A program made the translations under genes and the position numbers. This document shows, in pieces, positions 57,801 through 58,198 of a stretch of DNA of 58,198 bases (position 1 is the stretch's first letter; every line of letters starts with the position of its first letter). The notes below the pieces were generated by a model. It did no database searches. It was not told where the DNA came from and worked only from the letters and a program-made list of their open reading frames with translations. Source of the DNA: Cyanobacteriota bacterium. Its GTDB lineage: Bacteria > Cyanobacteriota > Cyanobacteriia > SKYG9. The stretch is from contig JANWZG010000001.1 of assembly GCA_025054735.1 (NCBI GenBank), positions 1 to 58,198 of the forward strand, given 5' to 3'.

Positions 57801-57870
57801 ACGTAGCCGCAATTGCGATCGTTTGGTCTTGGGCGCGGGGTTCCTTGACTACAGCCGCTTCAGTAAGCAT
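54862..57870 (-). CDS. Multidomain FkbH-like HAD-IIIC phosphatase/loader + GNAT-like region + carrier protein (ACP/PCP) + thioesterase
   Basis: 1002 aa. HAD motifs are VIVLDCDNTLW (D215/D217), CSKN and IFIDDNP. The carrier motif is FDLGGTSLLAVEL (Ser653, codon 55912-55914). The alpha/beta-hydrolase TE has LFLIHDGDG and a nucleophile elbow GGMCAGG (Cys783, codon 55522-55524). Confidence 0.8.
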   Translation of the reverse strand: MLTEAAVVKEPRAQDQTIAIAATFTAEPLEDSLSFWLQTLNLSAGVEFAPYNQIFQELLNPSSLLAQNRQGVNIILVRWEDWQRELAEHDDSIAQVERNLDDLIVALRAATGRSSTPYIVGLCPSSPAVQADPSRAAFFQRITEQFIAETSSIPGLYLVQTADFALYPVANYYDPSRDKLGHIPFTPLFFATLGTILARKIYALKHPPYKVIVLDCDNTLWKGVVGEDGVMGIEIPPPWQELQAFMVKQQQAGMVICLCSKNIEADVMEVFDQRQDMILKREHLVAWRVNWMPKSENLKSLAQELNLGLDSFIFIDDNPVECAEVRSACPEVLTLQLPIAGDIPQFLNHIWAFDHLKVTEEDKQRTALYKQNIERSRFQKEAPTISDFLAGLNLTITIDVPTEEQIPRVSQLTQRTNQFNITTIRRSETEIQQLAQAGLECRMVQVSDRFGDYGLVGVMIFGTADNALQVDSFLLSCRVLGRGVEHAMLNHLGTVAQSKGLNYVLIPYRPTKKNLPVLNFLDSVGAAYKQPDGDGACYRFPADYAATVTHTPNAEVLALADEKPKAKSSSVNGSQATAIDKSAQQTRIALELYQPEQILAQLERRAKSARSLKQAFVPPQTATEHLLAAQWCKLLRLDAVGIEDNYFDLGGTSLLAVELFVWIEQEFGKKLPLTTILAAPTIAQLADLINKTDQQTVKGSVVLLKPGDANYALFLIHDGDGETLLYRNLAKRMDPSLPVYGVQPLGNDQFPMLHTRITDMASYYADQIRGVQPVGPYFLGGMCAGGVLAYEVARQLRAQGQQIGLVALMDSADVAAPKRVGHIAGQRMSRFSEALSQGSKLPHWQRWLFILTKVWQKVTNLVQYEVTSRFKRLQQNLKMRLFRYCLDRNRPIPAWLAPISVRTAYNYAELDYRPLEPFDGELVLLRATEGTGTDEPFSHIYSDPLLGWERRTIKGVKVYDVPGGHASMLQEPNVAVMAEILRNYITTQMPASSASNHLSAIL

Positions 57871-58054
57871 AATAACCTCATTGACACTGACACTATATTA
57901 AGCTGGGTGCTCTAAAAAATTATGTAAAGTGCTGGTAAAAAGCACAGTTGCCCCTTCATCATTTTTCCCTACCCCCAGTTAACCGCTACTCATATTGGTG
58001 CCGACTGACCAGTGCCAACAAGCTAAACTTAAAATTAACCATTCCCCTATACCC

Positions 58055-58198
58055 ATGCCCCGCTGGTTCAACACCGCTGGCCCCTGCCGTGCCGACATTC
58101 ACTACATGCTGCCCCCTACTGGCCGGTTGCCGCAACTGGAGCGCCTGATTGCGCAAGAAACCTATTTCGTCATCCACGCCCCCCGGCAGACCGGCAAA
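58055..58198 (+). CDS. 5' end of a gene running off the window; N-terminus of the same AAA-ATPase-like family as the left-edge fragment
   Basis: ATG 58055 opens MPRWFNTAGPCRADIHYMLPPTGRLPQLERLIAQETYFVIHAPRQTGK, which runs to the last base. It has the FNTAGPC...HY signature and the beginning of a Walker A (APRQTGK). Confidence 0.6.
   Translation, partial: MPRWFNTAGPCRADIHYMLPPTGRLPQLERLIAQETYFVIHAPRQTGK

Overview
The window is cyanobacterial DNA: it carries psbA, many GCGATCGC (HIP1) octamers, heptamer repeats, and about 50-58% G+C in housekeeping parts. All protein family names come from reading the translations and from memory of family motifs. No searches were run.

Layout:
- 0.2-2.5 kb: a SelD (selenophosphate synthetase) fused to an NDH-2-like flavoprotein.
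- 2.5-25.3 kb: a large surface-polysaccharide locus. It holds a TagA-like GT26, a Wzy/O-antigen-ligase-like protein, a Wzc-like co-polymerase/kinase, a Wzx flippase, three GT2, three GT4 and a Gfo/Idh/MocA-SDR fusion. It is interrupted by a YhcG-type nuclease, psbA, a FecR-like gene and HU.
- 25.4-29.4 kb: a chorismate-lyase-like gene, selU, a frameshifted PD-(D/E)XK-like gene and an NCS1 permease.
- 29.5-31.5 kb: a parA-parB pair with two copies of a non-canonical 22-bp palindrome (candidate parS).
- 31.5-39.9 kb: an HpxZ-like gene, a three-gene TPR/secreted operon, a low-GC cyclase/cupin islet, hspA, a TM-helix-repeat protein and a bactofilin.
- 39.9-52.4 kb: an accessory island. It contains a very AT-rich R-M cassette (REase, C5-MTase, decayed vsr), gene remnants (MOSC, MNT/HepT), two Uma2 genes, a Vat-type acetyltransferase and a plasmid-like replication module.
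- 52.4-57.9 kb: an rfbD-rfbC-GT2 operon headed by a 1002-aa FkbH-like/ACP/thioesterase fusion whose thioesterase motif is GxCxG.

The replication module consists of an RHH gene, a 1088-aa zinc-finger/Toprim/DUF3987 primase-helicase-like protein, ATGCAT-core and TAATGA repeats, and a candidate promoter-to-terminator antisense RNA over the rep start.

Most interesting candidates: the rep/antisense/iteron module together with ParAB-parS (is this a plasmid, a chromid or an integrated plasmid?), the FkbH-ACP-TE rhamnose operon, and the R-M/vsr island. No CRISPR array, rRNA, tRNA, integrase or transposase could be supported.
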